From positions 77,780 to 141,779 of the forward strand of contig JBEIPA010000014.1 of assembly GCA_040377305.1 (NCBI GenBank): 64,000 bases of DNA, read 5' to 3'. Positions 25,036-35,506 of the stretch are shown in pieces. This DNA comes from Flavobacteriales bacterium (lineage in GTDB: Bacteria; Bacteroidota; Bacteroidia; Palsa-965). The position numbers were made by a program, and so were the translations under genes. How positions within the stretch are numbered: position 1 is the stretch's first letter; the number at the start of each line of letters is the position of its first letter. The notes below the pieces were generated by a model. The model had not been told where the DNA came from, made no database searches, and was given only the letters and a program-made list of their open reading frames with translations.

Positions 25036-25192
25036 TTGTTTCTTCGTTGTTGAATTTAAGTTCTTTGAATTCTCTTCCCACTGTAAGCCGAATCCGTTGC
25101 TTCTCCTCTTGTGTCTTTCGGATCTGAGTTCTTCTTCGTTTTGTTCTGAACCTTCCGGACAAGACATAGGAATCCCATGTGGCTGTTGCCAT
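25028..25192 (-). CDS. Small Arg/Lys-rich protein (54 aa), stop overlaps rtcB start
   Basis: MATATWDSYVLSGRFRTKRRRTQIRKTQEEKQRIRLTVGREFKELKFNNEETNE; A-rich start context; ATGAGTAA overlap. Confidence 0.6.
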   Translation of the reverse strand: MATATWDSYVLSGRFRTKRRRTQIRKTQEEKQRIRLTVGREFKELKFNNEETNE

Positions 25193-25344
25193 TGTTTTTT
25201 GTTGTGTTGAATAAACAGTGAATTATTCCGATGAATCAGAAGACCTGCAAATGCAACCACGGGCCACAGAAATTCTGTAGTTAGTCAGCGCCGACTATGA
25301 AAACTTTATTCGTAAAAAATGGAAATAGAATTCAAAGCCGCGCT

Positions 25345-25389
25345 TTACGCGGAGAACTGCAGAGGTGATATGTTCGCTTGTTCTTTCAT
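25345..25389 (-). CDS. Putative leader peptide MKEQANISPLQFSA with perfect Shine-Dalgarno
   Basis: TAAGGAGG at 25396-25403, 6 nt before ATG; promoter-like TTTG-N21-CATATTTG at 25432-25464. Confidence 0.6.
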   Translation of the reverse strand: MKEQANISPLQFSA

Positions 25390-25503
25390 GATGCTCCTCC
25401 TTACTTGTTAGAAGAGATTTGAATTCTGTGGCAAATATGATGAAATAAATAAATCACTTCCAAATTTATTTTCATAAAATAATTTTGGAAGTGCGTGGAC
25501 TCT

Positions 25504-26403
25504 CTACGGGTAGTCCGTATTAGCTTTATTTATCCATCCCATAATGTGCGTACAACGGCTTGTAGAATCATAGGTCATTACGCGTAACCAGTTGCGTCCG
25601 TCGACAACCTTTTCTTCATAGACACCAAGTTGTGTATGCTCATTCACACGTATTGTTCCATAATAGTAAGTGCGCGTATGGGTACTCTTTAATGGAAACG
25701 GATGCATGTTCGTGCCGTGAACAACATGCGTAAGACCCAACAATGTGAGCTTCGACATGGTTTGCGTTCTTTTCGATACACAGGTACGTAGCTCAATAGA
25801 GAATCCTTCGTTTGTAACACGTATATCATTATACGTGTCGTAAGGATAATCGCAGCATGCCGGGTATCTGCATCTGATGGAGACGATGCGCCCTTGCATA
25901 TACTCCAGATGAGTTACGTTTGCGCCGGTGGTGCCGAAATAACTAAACCTGTTTTGTTTCACCACAAAATATATGCAGGCGTTATCGTCGGCGCCGTTGT
26001 TGTACCGAACAACGAGATCGTCGGTGGTGTCTCCGTTAAAGTCGAAAATGAATATTTCAGCACGCCCGTTTCCTTTAATCCATTTCCCGGTAGAATCGGT
26101 GTATGATTCTTCATACGTGTGCAACGATGTGCTGTCACTGAAATTTGTTTCCAGAAACGCAAGCGGATTTATTTTGAGCACGCCGGATTCGCTAATGGCC
26201 TTTCTCAGAAGTGTTATTCGCTCTTGTATCGCTAGTGGTTTTTTATCGAACCGTGAGAAAGAAACCGTGTCGTGCGAAAAATAATTGCTGTCCAGCACTG
26301 CGGGAAAATTATCTGTGCCGCTCTCCGTTGGAAACTCTGCATTTTGAAAAGAAGTGCAGGCGATTATAATTCCTGCAATGAGTAGTCTGCCAGCAAATTT
26401 CAT
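25504..26403 (-). CDS. Hypothetical lipoprotein
   Basis: Signal/lipobox IIIAC; DFNGDTTDD loop. Confidence 0.6.
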   Translation of the reverse strand: MKFAGRLLIAGIIIACTSFQNAEFPTESGTDNFPAVLDSNYFSHDTVSFSRFDKKPLAIQERITLLRKAISESGVLKINPLAFLETNFSDSTSLHTYEESYTDSTGKWIKGNGRAEIFIFDFNGDTTDDLVVRYNNGADDNACIYFVVKQNRFSYFGTTGANVTHLEYMQGRIVSIRCRYPACCDYPYDTYNDIRVTNEGFSIELRTCVSKRTQTMSKLTLLGLTHVVHGTNMHPFPLKSTHTRTYYYGTIRVNEHTQLGVYEEKVVDGRNWLRVMTYDSTSRCTHIMGWINKANTDYP

Positions 26404-26516
26404 CCTCGAATATAATAGAAAAGCCCCGAAGATATTTTCTTCAGGGCTTTTAGGAATTCCGATTTGTTATTCGAATAAAGTATTCGTTTATTTTCATGAT
26501 ACAACGCCATCAGGTA

Positions 26517-27227
26517 TCAGCCTTCCATCCTTTTCAAAAAATCACTCTTCCTGCGTCGCGACAACAAAACTGTTTTCCCGTTGCGTAACTCGATGGTGCC
26601 ACCGTCGTTGTTCGAAAGCTTTACAACGTGTGAACAATTCACAAGCCACGATTTGTGCACGCGAAAAAATCCGTGCGACGATAATTCCTCTTCGAACTCG
26701 CCAATGTTTCTGGTTACGAGTTGTTGCTTCCCGTCGGATAAGTACAAAGTGGAATAACGCCCCTCTCCTTCAATGCCAATGATGCTATTCGCCGGAACAA
26801 ACTGAATGCCCGCCGTGGCACTGAGCCGAACGCGATAGTCTGAGTGCAATGCAACTTCTTTGTCTCTGCGCACCGCAGCACGAGCAACGGCAACACGAAG
26901 CTCTTTGTATGACACCGGCTTCAGCAAGTAGTGAATTGCTTCGACTGTAAACGCGCGCTGTGCGTAATCAGCATGGCCGGTAACAAAAACAAGTGACGCT
27001 CCTGTAGACGCGGCAATTTCTGCGAGATCAAATCCCGTGCCCTCGGAAAGTTCCACATCCAAAAAAGCGATGTCGGGTTTCACCGAGAGAATTTGCGGAA
27101 CAGCCTCCTTAATTGAAGAAGCGGTTCCGATCACATCGACTTCGGGACAATACAATTTGAGTAGCTCGCGTAATCCGTCAATTGCGTGCTGTTCGTCATC
27201 AACGATTAATGCTCTCAGCTTTTTCAT
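26517..27227 (-). CDS. LytTR-family response regulator
   Basis: IVDDE, FLDVEL, YLLKP, FFRVHKSWLVN. Confidence 0.92.
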   Translation of the reverse strand: MKKLRALIVDDEQHAIDGLRELLKLYCPEVDVIGTASSIKEAVPQILSVKPDIAFLDVELSEGTGFDLAEIAASTGASLVFVTGHADYAQRAFTVEAIHYLLKPVSYKELRVAVARAAVRRDKEVALHSDYRVRLSATAGIQFVPANSIIGIEGEGRYSTLYLSDGKQQLVTRNIGEFEEELSSHGFFRVHKSWLVNCSHVVKLSNNDGGTIELRNGKTVLLSRRRKSDFLKRMEG

Positions 27228-30207
27228 ACGTCGCGGGTTTGTTGGTTGTATACGGAAGAGTGAGCCGAACAAGTGTGCCCGACGCTTCTTTAGTCGATGG
27301 ATTTATCTTGTCAATTATTTCGAATGTGTAATTTTCGTTGTACATCTGACCCAGAACCCGAAGGCGATCGCGTGTAATGTCAGTTCCGGCCGACGTATGT
27401 CCTTTCTTGTTCTGAGAAGACGCGGCTCTTCCGATTCCGTTGTCTTCCACTTCGCAAATTAGTCGTATGCCCTGCAAACTTAAACGAATTACCACCTCAC
27501 CTCCGCCTTCCTTTCTTCGTAATCCATGAACGAGTGCATTCTCTACGAGAGGTTGAATAAGCATGGCGGGTACAGACAGCTTTTCCACTTCAACATCCTT
27601 TCCAAGAATAAATTGATAACTAAGACTTCCCTCGAATCTCACTTCTTCGAGTTCAAAGTACATGGCGAGAATGCGCAGTTCTTCTTCCAGTGGAATATAT
27701 CGTTCCGTCGAATTGTGTAAGCTTTTGCGGAGGAGTGTTGCAAATGTGGAAAACATGTCCAACGCTTTCGTTTTTTCCTCCTTAAGAACCAAAGCCTGAA
27801 TGGTGTTCAATGTATTAAAAACGAAATGCGGATTCATTTGTGAGGCCAACGCTTGCTGACGAAAGATCAGGACTTGTTCACGTAACAAATGTCGGCGGCG
27901 AATCATTCGGATACGCATAACAATGACCATATACATCAGAAGTCCCCCAACTACAATACACCCGGCGATAAACCACCACGTATTCCAGAATGGAGGTACA
28001 ATTGTAAATGCGAAAATCGCGGGTTGAGAAGACCACTCTCCCGATTCATTTTGCGCCAACACTTCAAACATATAATCACCCGCTGCGAGCGCCGCAAACT
28101 CTACCGTATTTTGCTTTGTGTAAATCCAGTCTTCCCCGGTGCCAGCCAGCCGGTAACGATACTGCACGTTTCCCCTCATCCTATATGCGATTCCGCAGAA
28201 ACTAATGCGCAATGAGTTTTGATCATGCCTGAGTTCCGATTTCCTGTCTGTCTGCAATGCGCTATCCCCCAATGCTACGCCGGTAATATGAACACGCGGA
28301 GCTACTGAATTTGTCGAAAGCGATGTATTGAATGTGATCACCTGATTTCCGTCACACAACCACAATTGATCTTGCGCGGGAAGATACCCCGGCTTGCCTC
28401 CCTGGGTGAGAATACTTCTAATAACAAGTTGCTCCTTAAATGTTATGCCAGTGGAAGTACATGATATTTCAAATACACCGTCTTGTGTAGAACACCAGAC
28501 GGTGTTACCGGCACCGGTAACAATTCCATAAATGTGATCACACGGAAATCCATCGGCCTGTGAAAGGGTGCGCACCTCAGAGTTGCTCATAAACACAATC
28601 CCATTGCTCTGCGTTGCAACTACTAATGTCGAATCAGCAAGCTCACATATCCCGGCAATTCTTCTCGTAAGCAAATCACTGCTGGCACCGACATAGATCA
28701 TTGATGTATCAACTACTTTGTACAATCCATCAAGTGCACCAACCCAGATGGCACCGCTGCAATCTTCAAATAAAACATCAGGTCTGTGCCTGACTTTGTG
28801 GTCGCCGAAAATAAATACTGTTCCGTCTGCATCCACGTTGAACAAATTCCACGATTGACCTACATACGTTTTGTCATCTTTACAAATAATACTGTTTGTC
28901 GAGGCCCTAAATATTATTCGATGATTCCCGGTGGAGGCAACATATTCATAAGCGCCTTGTGTAGTCCCGATCATAAGCGCATCGTGTTTCTCAGTCCAGA
29001 CGAGTGCGTTGTACGCTATCACATCCGGAATCGGAGGATAAATTGTTGCAGTATCATTGAAAATTGAAACCAAACCGTGATCGCGCCACAATACATACAT
29101 TCCTCCGGAAGTGTCCGGAAGAAATTCACGCGCTTCATCATTATCAAAAAAGCTCCACGCTCTGATCGCAACGTTTGGCACAAAGAAAAGACCGTGGTGA
29201 TGCGTTGCTACCCAGAATGAGCCTTCAGCGTCTTGCTGTATTGAGGTAATTATTTCGCTTTCATAAAATCGTTCATAGCTTGCGCCCGCTATTCTGGCAC
29301 CGGGTGCATACTTGTAAATACCCGCTCCGTTGGTGCCCATCCAAATGCAACCGGCCTGGTCCTCCATCACGCTGAGGATATTGATTGGCAATTCGGTTTT
29401 AGTTGTCCGTCCTGAAACATCAATTTCGTAAACTTTTCGTCCTACGCAAAACAAGATGCTACCATCGCTTCGCTTCAGTCCCGACAAATCATAATGTGGT
29501 GGAATACCTGCTAACGAGTCCAGCGTAATGGTCTTATCATTCGTAAACTGGACCAGAACTGCGCCGCCTTTTTTGTAGGCCGTGCTAGACCCTATGAGAA
29601 ATTTTCCCGAACGACTCATCTTTGCCCAGAATAATCGATCAATGCTATTCTTTGTGGTTGTGCGTTCCAACTTTCCGGATGCACTTATTCTAACATCACC
29701 GTACGACAAGAATCCGATTTCGAGCGCACCGGAAGAATCAACATCCATTGTCCGCACAATGCGAACTCCCGGCAAATATTTTTCAATTGTATCGTTATAC
29801 TGGTAACTAGTTACTTTGTTGTTCTCAATGTAACACAGTTCACCATTAAAGGGCATGAGCCAGATTCGTCCACGAACATCTTCGTGCAATCGAAAAACAG
29901 TATTGTCTGTTAATCCTTGAGCTGTAGTGAATGGTTGAAAAGTATAGCCATCAAAGCGGAAAACACCGCGATCGCCAGCCACCCAGATAAAGCCCAACTT
30001 GTCCTGGTGAACATCGTAAATCTCTTCGCATGTTAAACCTTGCTGCTTGGTGTAACAGAAGTACGCCGGAGATTGTGCCGAAACTAATATTGCAAGGAAG
30101 AGTAGAATTAATGACGAAACAACCTGCCGTTGGAAGCAGTTAAATTTCGCGAAGGATAATTTTTGTTTCCCCCAATAAATAAAGGTCATGCACAGGTTTG
30201 TGCACAT
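27199..30207 (-). CDS. LytS-type histidine kinase with beta-propeller/Y_Y_Y sensor
   Basis: SQMNPHFVFNTLN, IQPLVENA, EDNGIGR; propeller repeats; start uncertain. Confidence 0.9.
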   Translation of the reverse strand: MCTNLCMTFIYWGKQKLSFAKFNCFQRQVVSSLILLFLAILVSAQSPAYFCYTKQQGLTCEEIYDVHQDKLGFIWVAGDRGVFRFDGYTFQPFTTAQGLTDNTVFRLHEDVRGRIWLMPFNGELCYIENNKVTSYQYNDTIEKYLPGVRIVRTMDVDSSGALEIGFLSYGDVRISASGKLERTTTKNSIDRLFWAKMSRSGKFLIGSSTAYKKGGAVLVQFTNDKTITLDSLAGIPPHYDLSGLKRSDGSILFCVGRKVYEIDVSGRTTKTELPINILSVMEDQAGCIWMGTNGAGIYKYAPGARIAGASYERFYESEIITSIQQDAEGSFWVATHHHGLFFVPNVAIRAWSFFDNDEAREFLPDTSGGMYVLWRDHGLVSIFNDTATIYPPIPDVIAYNALVWTEKHDALMIGTTQGAYEYVASTGNHRIIFRASTNSIICKDDKTYVGQSWNLFNVDADGTVFIFGDHKVRHRPDVLFEDCSGAIWVGALDGLYKVVDTSMIYVGASSDLLTRRIAGICELADSTLVVATQSNGIVFMSNSEVRTLSQADGFPCDHIYGIVTGAGNTVWCSTQDGVFEISCTSTGITFKEQLVIRSILTQGGKPGYLPAQDQLWLCDGNQVITFNTSLSTNSVAPRVHITGVALGDSALQTDRKSELRHDQNSLRISFCGIAYRMRGNVQYRYRLAGTGEDWIYTKQNTVEFAALAAGDYMFEVLAQNESGEWSSQPAIFAFTIVPPFWNTWWFIAGCIVVGGLLMYMVIVMRIRMIRRRHLLREQVLIFRQQALASQMNPHFVFNTLNTIQALVLKEEKTKALDMFSTFATLLRKSLHNSTERYIPLEEELRILAMYFELEEVRFEGSLSYQFILGKDVEVEKLSVPAMLIQPLVENALVHGLRRKEGGGEVVIRLSLQGIRLICEVEDNGIGRAASSQNKKGHTSAGTDITRDRLRVLGQMYNENYTFEIIDKINPSTKEASGTLVRLTLPYTTNKPATYEKAESINR

Positions 30208-30269
30208 AAATCAGCAGAGTGGTCGCCAGGGAGCGTGGGCGGGTTTGTTCTCTAAATATAAGAACAATC

Positions 30270-30863
30270 TTATTTCGCTACACCTTGTTTGGTCTCTACA
30301 GTTGCATGCTCCCTTACACTCTTCATGGCCTGGCCCCATTCCGTAACCTGGTCGAATAATTTTTCCACCGACTTCAGGTGACGTTCTCTGGGTTTGAAGC
30401 GAAAACTGTCTTCGAAATCTTCGGACAATGAAAGGATGACCTGTGCGCGCACATCGGCAATCATCAGTGCGCCCATTATTACGCGCAAATGTTCTACGGA
30501 ACGCACCCCTCCCTCGCTTCCGTAGCTCACAAATCCAGCCGCTTTGTTATTCCACTCTTTAAACAAATAGTCCAATGAATTTTTCAGTGCAGCGTTAATG
30601 CCGTGATTGTATTCTGGAACAACGAATACAAATGCATCATATTGTGAAATCTTCGCCGACCAATCTTTGGTGTGCTGGTGTGTGTACTTACCTTTCGCTG
30701 CTGGGAGCGGTTCGTCAAGTAGCGGAAGCTTCCAGTCCAACAAGTCTACCAAATCGACTTGCGCGTCTGTGCGCTTGCGGGCTTGTTCGTAAACCCATTT
30801 GCCAACTGCGTCGCCGTTGCGGTTCGGACGCGTACTGCCAATAATAACTGCAATTCTGATCAT
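30270..30863 (-). CDS. NADPH-dependent FMN reductase
   Basis: IGSTRPNR, PEYNHG, LKNSLD, KAAGFVSYG. Confidence 0.92.
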   Translation of the reverse strand: MIRIAVIIGSTRPNRNGDAVGKWVYEQARKRTDAQVDLVDLLDWKLPLLDEPLPAAKGKYTHQHTKDWSAKISQYDAFVFVVPEYNHGINAALKNSLDYLFKEWNNKAAGFVSYGSEGGVRSVEHLRVIMGALMIADVRAQVILSLSEDFEDSFRFKPRERHLKSVEKLFDQVTEWGQAMKSVREHATVETKQGVAK

Positions 30864-30877
30864 ACGCTCGAAAGGAT

Positions 30878-31402
30878 TTAGTGTGTTGATTTGTAATTCT
30901 CGCGCATCGACCCAACAAAAAGCACAATCTTCTTCACATCGTCTCTCGAGAGTTGATCTTCTTTGAATGCCGGCATATCGCCCATGCCCTGACGTACCTG
31001 AAAGTGGACCAAAAAATCAGGGAGAGGCTTGTCAATTAAGGATGGTCCGGTGCCTTTATTTCCTCCGGGATGACATTGGTTACAGTGTGTCATGAACAAC
31101 TGCATTCCCGCATACTCGCCGTGTGTCATGCGTATGTTGAGTGAATCCGGTTCTTCGTCTTCAATATTTTCGATATCATTCTTCTGAATGTAAACCGTGT
31201 AATTGTCCGTCGACAAAACAGTATCACTACCGTCAGTCTCATCCGCTTTATCTCCGCCGCACGATGCGACAAGTGTAATGGAGAATACGACCAACAGAAT
31301 TGAAATAGATTTCTTCAGGATTTCTCCGTTTGTTCGCGATCGGAGAAACAATGCTGCACCGGTTATAAATGTAACCACTGCAATAAGTAGTTTCAACTCC
31401 AT
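30878..31402 (-). CDS. Membrane-anchored cytochrome c
   Basis: CNQCH heme motif, GPSL, MPAF. Confidence 0.85.
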   Translation of the reverse strand: MELKLLIAVVTFITGAALFLRSRTNGEILKKSISILLVVFSITLVASCGGDKADETDGSDTVLSTDNYTVYIQKNDIENIEDEEPDSLNIRMTHGEYAGMQLFMTHCNQCHPGGNKGTGPSLIDKPLPDFLVHFQVRQGMGDMPAFKEDQLSRDDVKKIVLFVGSMRENYKSTH

Positions 31403-31472
31403 GAGGAATGCTGTGTTGTGTGTAAAAGATAGAAGGGAGTGAAACATTCACTCCCTTCGTGATTTATGATCG

Positions 31473-31646
31473 TCACTTCTTGTCCTTGAACAACGCTGCA
31501 CCAAACAATAATGTCAGTACCAGCATTACCAGGAAAACGAAGAAGATCACTTTTGCTACCGACGCCGCGCCAGCTGCAATTCCGGTGAAACCGAAAATAG
31601 CCGCTACAATTGCGATGACGAAAAATATGGCTGCCCATCTTAACAT
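31473..31646 (-). CDS. DUF1328/UPF0391 small membrane protein
   Basis: [39 protein letters not shown], translated by hand. Confidence 0.9.
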   Translation of the reverse strand: MLRWAAIFFVIAIVAAIFGFTGIAAGAASVAKVIFFVFLVMLVLTLLFGAALFKDKK

Positions 31647-31672
31647 GACCGTACGTTTTAAGTTGTTATTGA

Positions 31673-32200
31673 CTAGGATGATATAGTGTGTTCGCTCAAT
31701 TGCGAATCATTGTTTTTATTTTTTGAACGTCGCTCCTTTTTATCCCCACTCTTCTTCGCATGCCAGGATTCGGCTTCTTCGATGGAATGTGACTCTTGCA
31801 GATTCTCCGCGTGCTTGGACATCTCTGCGAGCTTGCGGTAATACTTCTGCAATACATTCAGTTCTTCTTCCGTGAGATCTTCAACACTTACAAGACGGTT
31901 ACTCGCGAGTTCATAAGATGCTACAAGTTCATTCAATTTGAGATGGAGCGCGACTGACTCCTTGTTTTGTGCACGCTGAATCACAAACACCATCAGAAAC
32001 GTAATGATCGTTGTGCCTGTGTTAATGACTAACTGCCATTCCGATGAGAAATTGAAAATCGGACCCAGTGCAGCCCACACTACCACTGCGGCTGCCGCTG
32101 CAATAAAAGCAGGAGTACTTCCACTTGCTTTGCTCACCCACATTGAAAATTTTTCAAAGATCGTGTGGCGCTTGCTGCCTATCTTATGGTGAGTCTCCAT
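31673..32200 (-). CDS. Low-affinity iron permease (Fet4-like)
   Basis: [34 protein letters not shown]. Confidence 0.9.
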   Translation of the reverse strand: METHHKIGSKRHTIFEKFSMWVSKASGSTPAFIAAAAAVVVWAALGPIFNFSSEWQLVINTGTTIITFLMVFVIQRAQNKESVALHLKLNELVASYELASNRLVSVEDLTEEELNVLQKYYRKLAEMSKHAENLQESHSIEEAESWHAKKSGDKKERRSKNKNNDSQLSEHTISS

Positions 32201-32381
32201 ACAGCATAACCAGAGCAAACCCCAGACCAGTTGGTTTTCCTTGGGGAAATGCAGTCTTTTTGTACCGAATGTGTAGAACTTAATGCCCGTTTCGTGGCAG
32301 TGTCGCGCAAGTGTCGGAAACTGCTCGCGGCACTTTCCAGATGAAATTCAACCCCGGAATAGTTGTTGGTCTTTATGCAGT

Positions 32382-32867
32382 ATGAACTTACTAATCTCAC
32401 TATTTATGATTGCTACCCTGAATACTGCAGCCACCGAAAATAAACCCGTGAGCAAAATTGACCCTTTGAAATATGCAGGCAAATGGTATGTGATCGGGTG
32501 GATCCCCACAAAGTTTGATCGGAGTTGGGAAAACACAACTGAAACGTATACACTCAACGACAAAGGCAACTACGACATCTTCTCCGCGTACACCAGAGAT
32601 GGAAAAAATAAATCGGTTCGTTCCAAAGGATTTCCTGATGAGAAACTCGGCAATGCTAGCTGGAAAGTTCAGTTTGTGTGGCCAATACGGGCCGACTATT
32701 GGGTGATAGAAATGGGTGAAGACTATTCATACACCGTTGTAGGACATCCCAAGAATAAATTTCTATACATCATGTCACGTCAACCGCAAATGAGCGATTC
32801 ACTATATGGTGCAATCACCGCCCGATGCGATGCAAAAGGATATAACACCGATAAACTTCGGAAGTAA
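32382..32867 (+). CDS. Lipocalin (Blc-like)
   Basis: KYAGKWYVI, DYWVIEM..DYSYTVVG. Confidence 0.88.
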   Translation: MNLLISLFMIATLNTAATENKPVSKIDPLKYAGKWYVIGWIPTKFDRSWENTTETYTLNDKGNYDIFSAYTRDGKNKSVRSKGFPDEKLGNASWKVQFVWPIRADYWVIEMGEDYSYTVVGHPKNKFLYIMSRQPQMSDSLYGAITARCDAKGYNTDKLRK

Positions 32868-32877
32868 TCACAAGCTG

Positions 32878-34152
32878 CTAATCAGTAATCCGGGATGTCT
32901 TCTTCGTGTCTCGCATAAAGAAATACACGAGAAGTGAAATGAATATACATCCGGTGACGTACCAGTAGTAATACGATTCGTGGTTCGCATCCTTGAACAG
33001 AAGCGCGATTGACTCTGCCGTTCCACCGAATATTGCAACCGTAACTGCATACGGAAATCCAACGCCCAGTGCCCGTATTTCTGCAGGGAACAATTCGGCT
33101 TTCACGACTGCATTGATGGAAGTGTAGCCGCTCACAATCAGCAACGCGCACATCATCAAACCAAATGCTTCCCATTGTCCGCTTGCATGACTCAATGCCG
33201 TAAGCAGCGGCACTGTTGCAATTGTTCCGAGCACACCAAAGCCAATCAGTAGTGGTCGTCGCCCGATCTTGTCGGAGAGCAATCCGAACAGCGGTTGTAA
33301 GCAGGCATATATCAGCAATGACAGGAATGTGAGCAGGGTCGATTGATCTTTCGTGAGATGCACCGTATTCACCAAAAACTTCTGCATGTAGGTGGTATAT
33401 GTGTAGAAAGCAATCGTTCCTCCCAGCGTGAGTCCAACCACGATCGCCACTGCTCGCGGATGCTTCATGAGTTCACGAATTGTTCCTGACTTTTTCGCTT
33501 TGGTTTCGTGGGCGTGTTTGAACGCTTCTGTTTCATCCATCTGTGAACGCAGATACAATGCAGTTACAGACAACATCGCGCCTATTACAAAAGGTATTCT
33601 CCATCCCCATGCACTCAGTTCTTCCGGTGTGAGAATGAATTTCTGGAGAACCAGCTGAACACCCAACGCAAGTAATTGTCCGCCAATGAGGGTTACATAC
33701 TGAAAGCTCGAATAAAATCCGCGTCGGTCGGATGTTGCCATTTCACTCAGGTACGTGGCTGATGTACCGTACTCTCCGCCTACACTCAATCCCTGCAACA
33801 AACGGGCGAGCAATAAGAGTACTGGCGCTGCATAACCAATGCTTGCAAATCCAGGTGTACAGGCAATGAGTAATGAACCCAACGACATGAGTAACACAGA
33901 GAGTGTCATTGCTTGCTTTCGCCCGACCCGATCAGCGATACTTCCGAAAAGCCAACCACCTACAGGACGCATCAGAAATCCTACAGCGAATATTCCCGCT
34001 GAGTTAAGCAACTGCGCAGTCGGACTACTGTTCGGGAAAAATACCGGAGCGAAATAAAGTGAGAATGCTGAATACGCATACCAGTCGTACCACTCTACGA
34101 GGTTGCCGACAGAACCGGAAAAAATTGCTTTAAGTCGTGCGCGCTGTTCCAC
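32878..34152 (-). CDS. MFS metabolite:H+ symporter (KgtP-like)
   Basis: GNLVEWYDW, ARLLQGLSVGGEYG, KAELFPAEIRALGVG. Confidence 0.92.
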   Translation of the reverse strand: MEQRARLKAIFSGSVGNLVEWYDWYAYSAFSLYFAPVFFPNSSPTAQLLNSAGIFAVGFLMRPVGGWLFGSIADRVGRKQAMTLSVLLMSLGSLLIACTPGFASIGYAAPVLLLLARLLQGLSVGGEYGTSATYLSEMATSDRRGFYSSFQYVTLIGGQLLALGVQLVLQKFILTPEELSAWGWRIPFVIGAMLSVTALYLRSQMDETEAFKHAHETKAKKSGTIRELMKHPRAVAIVVGLTLGGTIAFYTYTTYMQKFLVNTVHLTKDQSTLLTFLSLLIYACLQPLFGLLSDKIGRRPLLIGFGVLGTIATVPLLTALSHASGQWEAFGLMMCALLIVSGYTSINAVVKAELFPAEIRALGVGFPYAVTVAIFGGTAESIALLFKDANHESYYYWYVTGCIFISLLVYFFMRDTKKTSRITD

Positions 34153-34301
34153 GAAACGTGAGTTTCCGTAAATGTATTAATGAATCGTCGCAAACGATAC
34201 GGCGGAAGAAAAACATTCGTCGCCATTGCACCCTGTAAACGCAGACAGCGGACTAAATTTCTTTAGTCCGCTGTCGTAATTATAGTAATCCGTAGTGCCT
34301 G

Positions 34302-35318
34302 TTACTGCTTGAACAACTTAACTGTTGTTTTAGCTTCCCCTGCTCTAACTTCCAGCAGATACGCTCCTGAAGGATAATTTTCAAAGTTCATTTGAATAGT
34401 CGTTCCTTTCGGCGCATTGTATTGCTTGCTCTCGAGCAGTTTACCTGTCACGTCGAACAGTGTAACCCACATAACTTGTCCTTCTACATGACCCACTTCA
34501 ATGTTCGCTACATTGTTAATCGGGTTAGGATAAACGTGAAGGTAAATGCCCGCCGCGTTTGACTCAATTCCTGTAGGAGAAGTCACGACAATAGTATCCA
34601 TGATTGTACAACCTTGCGCATCAGTAGCTGTGACAGTATAAGAACCTGCAGTGAGATTGGTCGCAGTCTGAGTGGTTTGACCACTTGGTGTCCACAAGTA
34701 CGAATAGCTGGGAGTACCGCCACCAACGTTTGCAGATGCACTACCGTCTGTACACGCCTGGCAAGATGTAGGAACTGCTGACGTAGTAATTGTCATTGCG
34801 AGTGGTTGTGTTACTGTTGCTGCATTTGTTGTTGTGCAACCATTTGCATCTGTTACTAATACCGTGTAAGTTCCAGGGCATAGAGCTGAAGCGGTAGCTG
34901 TGATCTGATTTGCTGCTGTAGAGTCCCAGTCGAACTGGTAAGGCTGTGTTCCGCCAGAAGGAAGTACAGTCGCGTCTCCATCACAATCACCGTAGCAGGA
35001 AACTGCATTCGAAGAAGTTGTAGAAGTAAGGACCGCTGGCTCAGTGATCGTAACCGTTTCAGTTGTCTGACATGAGTTCGCGTCAGTCATTGTTACGGTG
35101 TGCGTTCCAGGACAAAGGTCCGTTGGATTCTGTACTGTTTGTCCGCCTGGTGCCCAGCTGAACGTGTATGGAGGAAATCCAACACCAGTTGCAGTTGCTT
35201 GTCCGTCGCATGCACCATTACACGTAACGTTTTGCACGCTGTTAATAATAATGGAGCACTGAGAATATGCTGCTGATCCAATCAGGAGCATTGAAAATAA
35301 AGTGTAGATCTTTTTCAT
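34302..35318 (-). CDS. SprB-repeat protein with T9SS C-terminal domain
   Basis: GGTQPY..W..L.PGTYTV.VTDANGC repeats; VYPNP CTD. Confidence 0.88.
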   Translation of the reverse strand: MKKIYTLFSMLLIGSAAYSQCSIIINSVQNVTCNGACDGQATATGVGFPPYTFSWAPGGQTVQNPTDLCPGTHTVTMTDANSCQTTETVTITEPAVLTSTTSSNAVSCYGDCDGDATVLPSGGTQPYQFDWDSTAANQITATASALCPGTYTVLVTDANGCTTTNAATVTQPLAMTITTSAVPTSCQACTDGSASANVGGGTPSYSYLWTPSGQTTQTATNLTAGSYTVTATDAQGCTIMDTIVVTSPTGIESNAAGIYLHVYPNPINNVANIEVGHVEGQVMWVTLFDVTGKLLESKQYNAPKGTTIQMNFENYPSGAYLLEVRAGEAKTTVKLFKQ

Positions 35319-35506
35319 GTTGTCGTTTTTTGGGTTTTGTTTTAGACGTACGATGTGTTTCGACTAATTTGTCGGTACATATTTAACGCTATAAAGGAGG
35401 GCAGGTCGCGCGAATTCGATACTTAGCAGAATGGTGTCGACTTCTTGTAAGAAAAAGAGCCACTTCCTAAATCAGGAAGTGGCTCAAAACTCAGTATTTG
35501 GATTGC

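Noticed and set aside
25036-25260. 75-aa N-terminal extension of second RtcB from the ORF track
   Set aside because: Similarity to the first RtcB starts near MSKNKV (25035), and a better small ORF occupies another frame
8703-25464. Prophage or ICE carrying the tRNA array
   Set aside because: No integrase, structural or conjugation genes and no att repeats seen; GH25 has a lipoprotein signal and host REPs are interspersed
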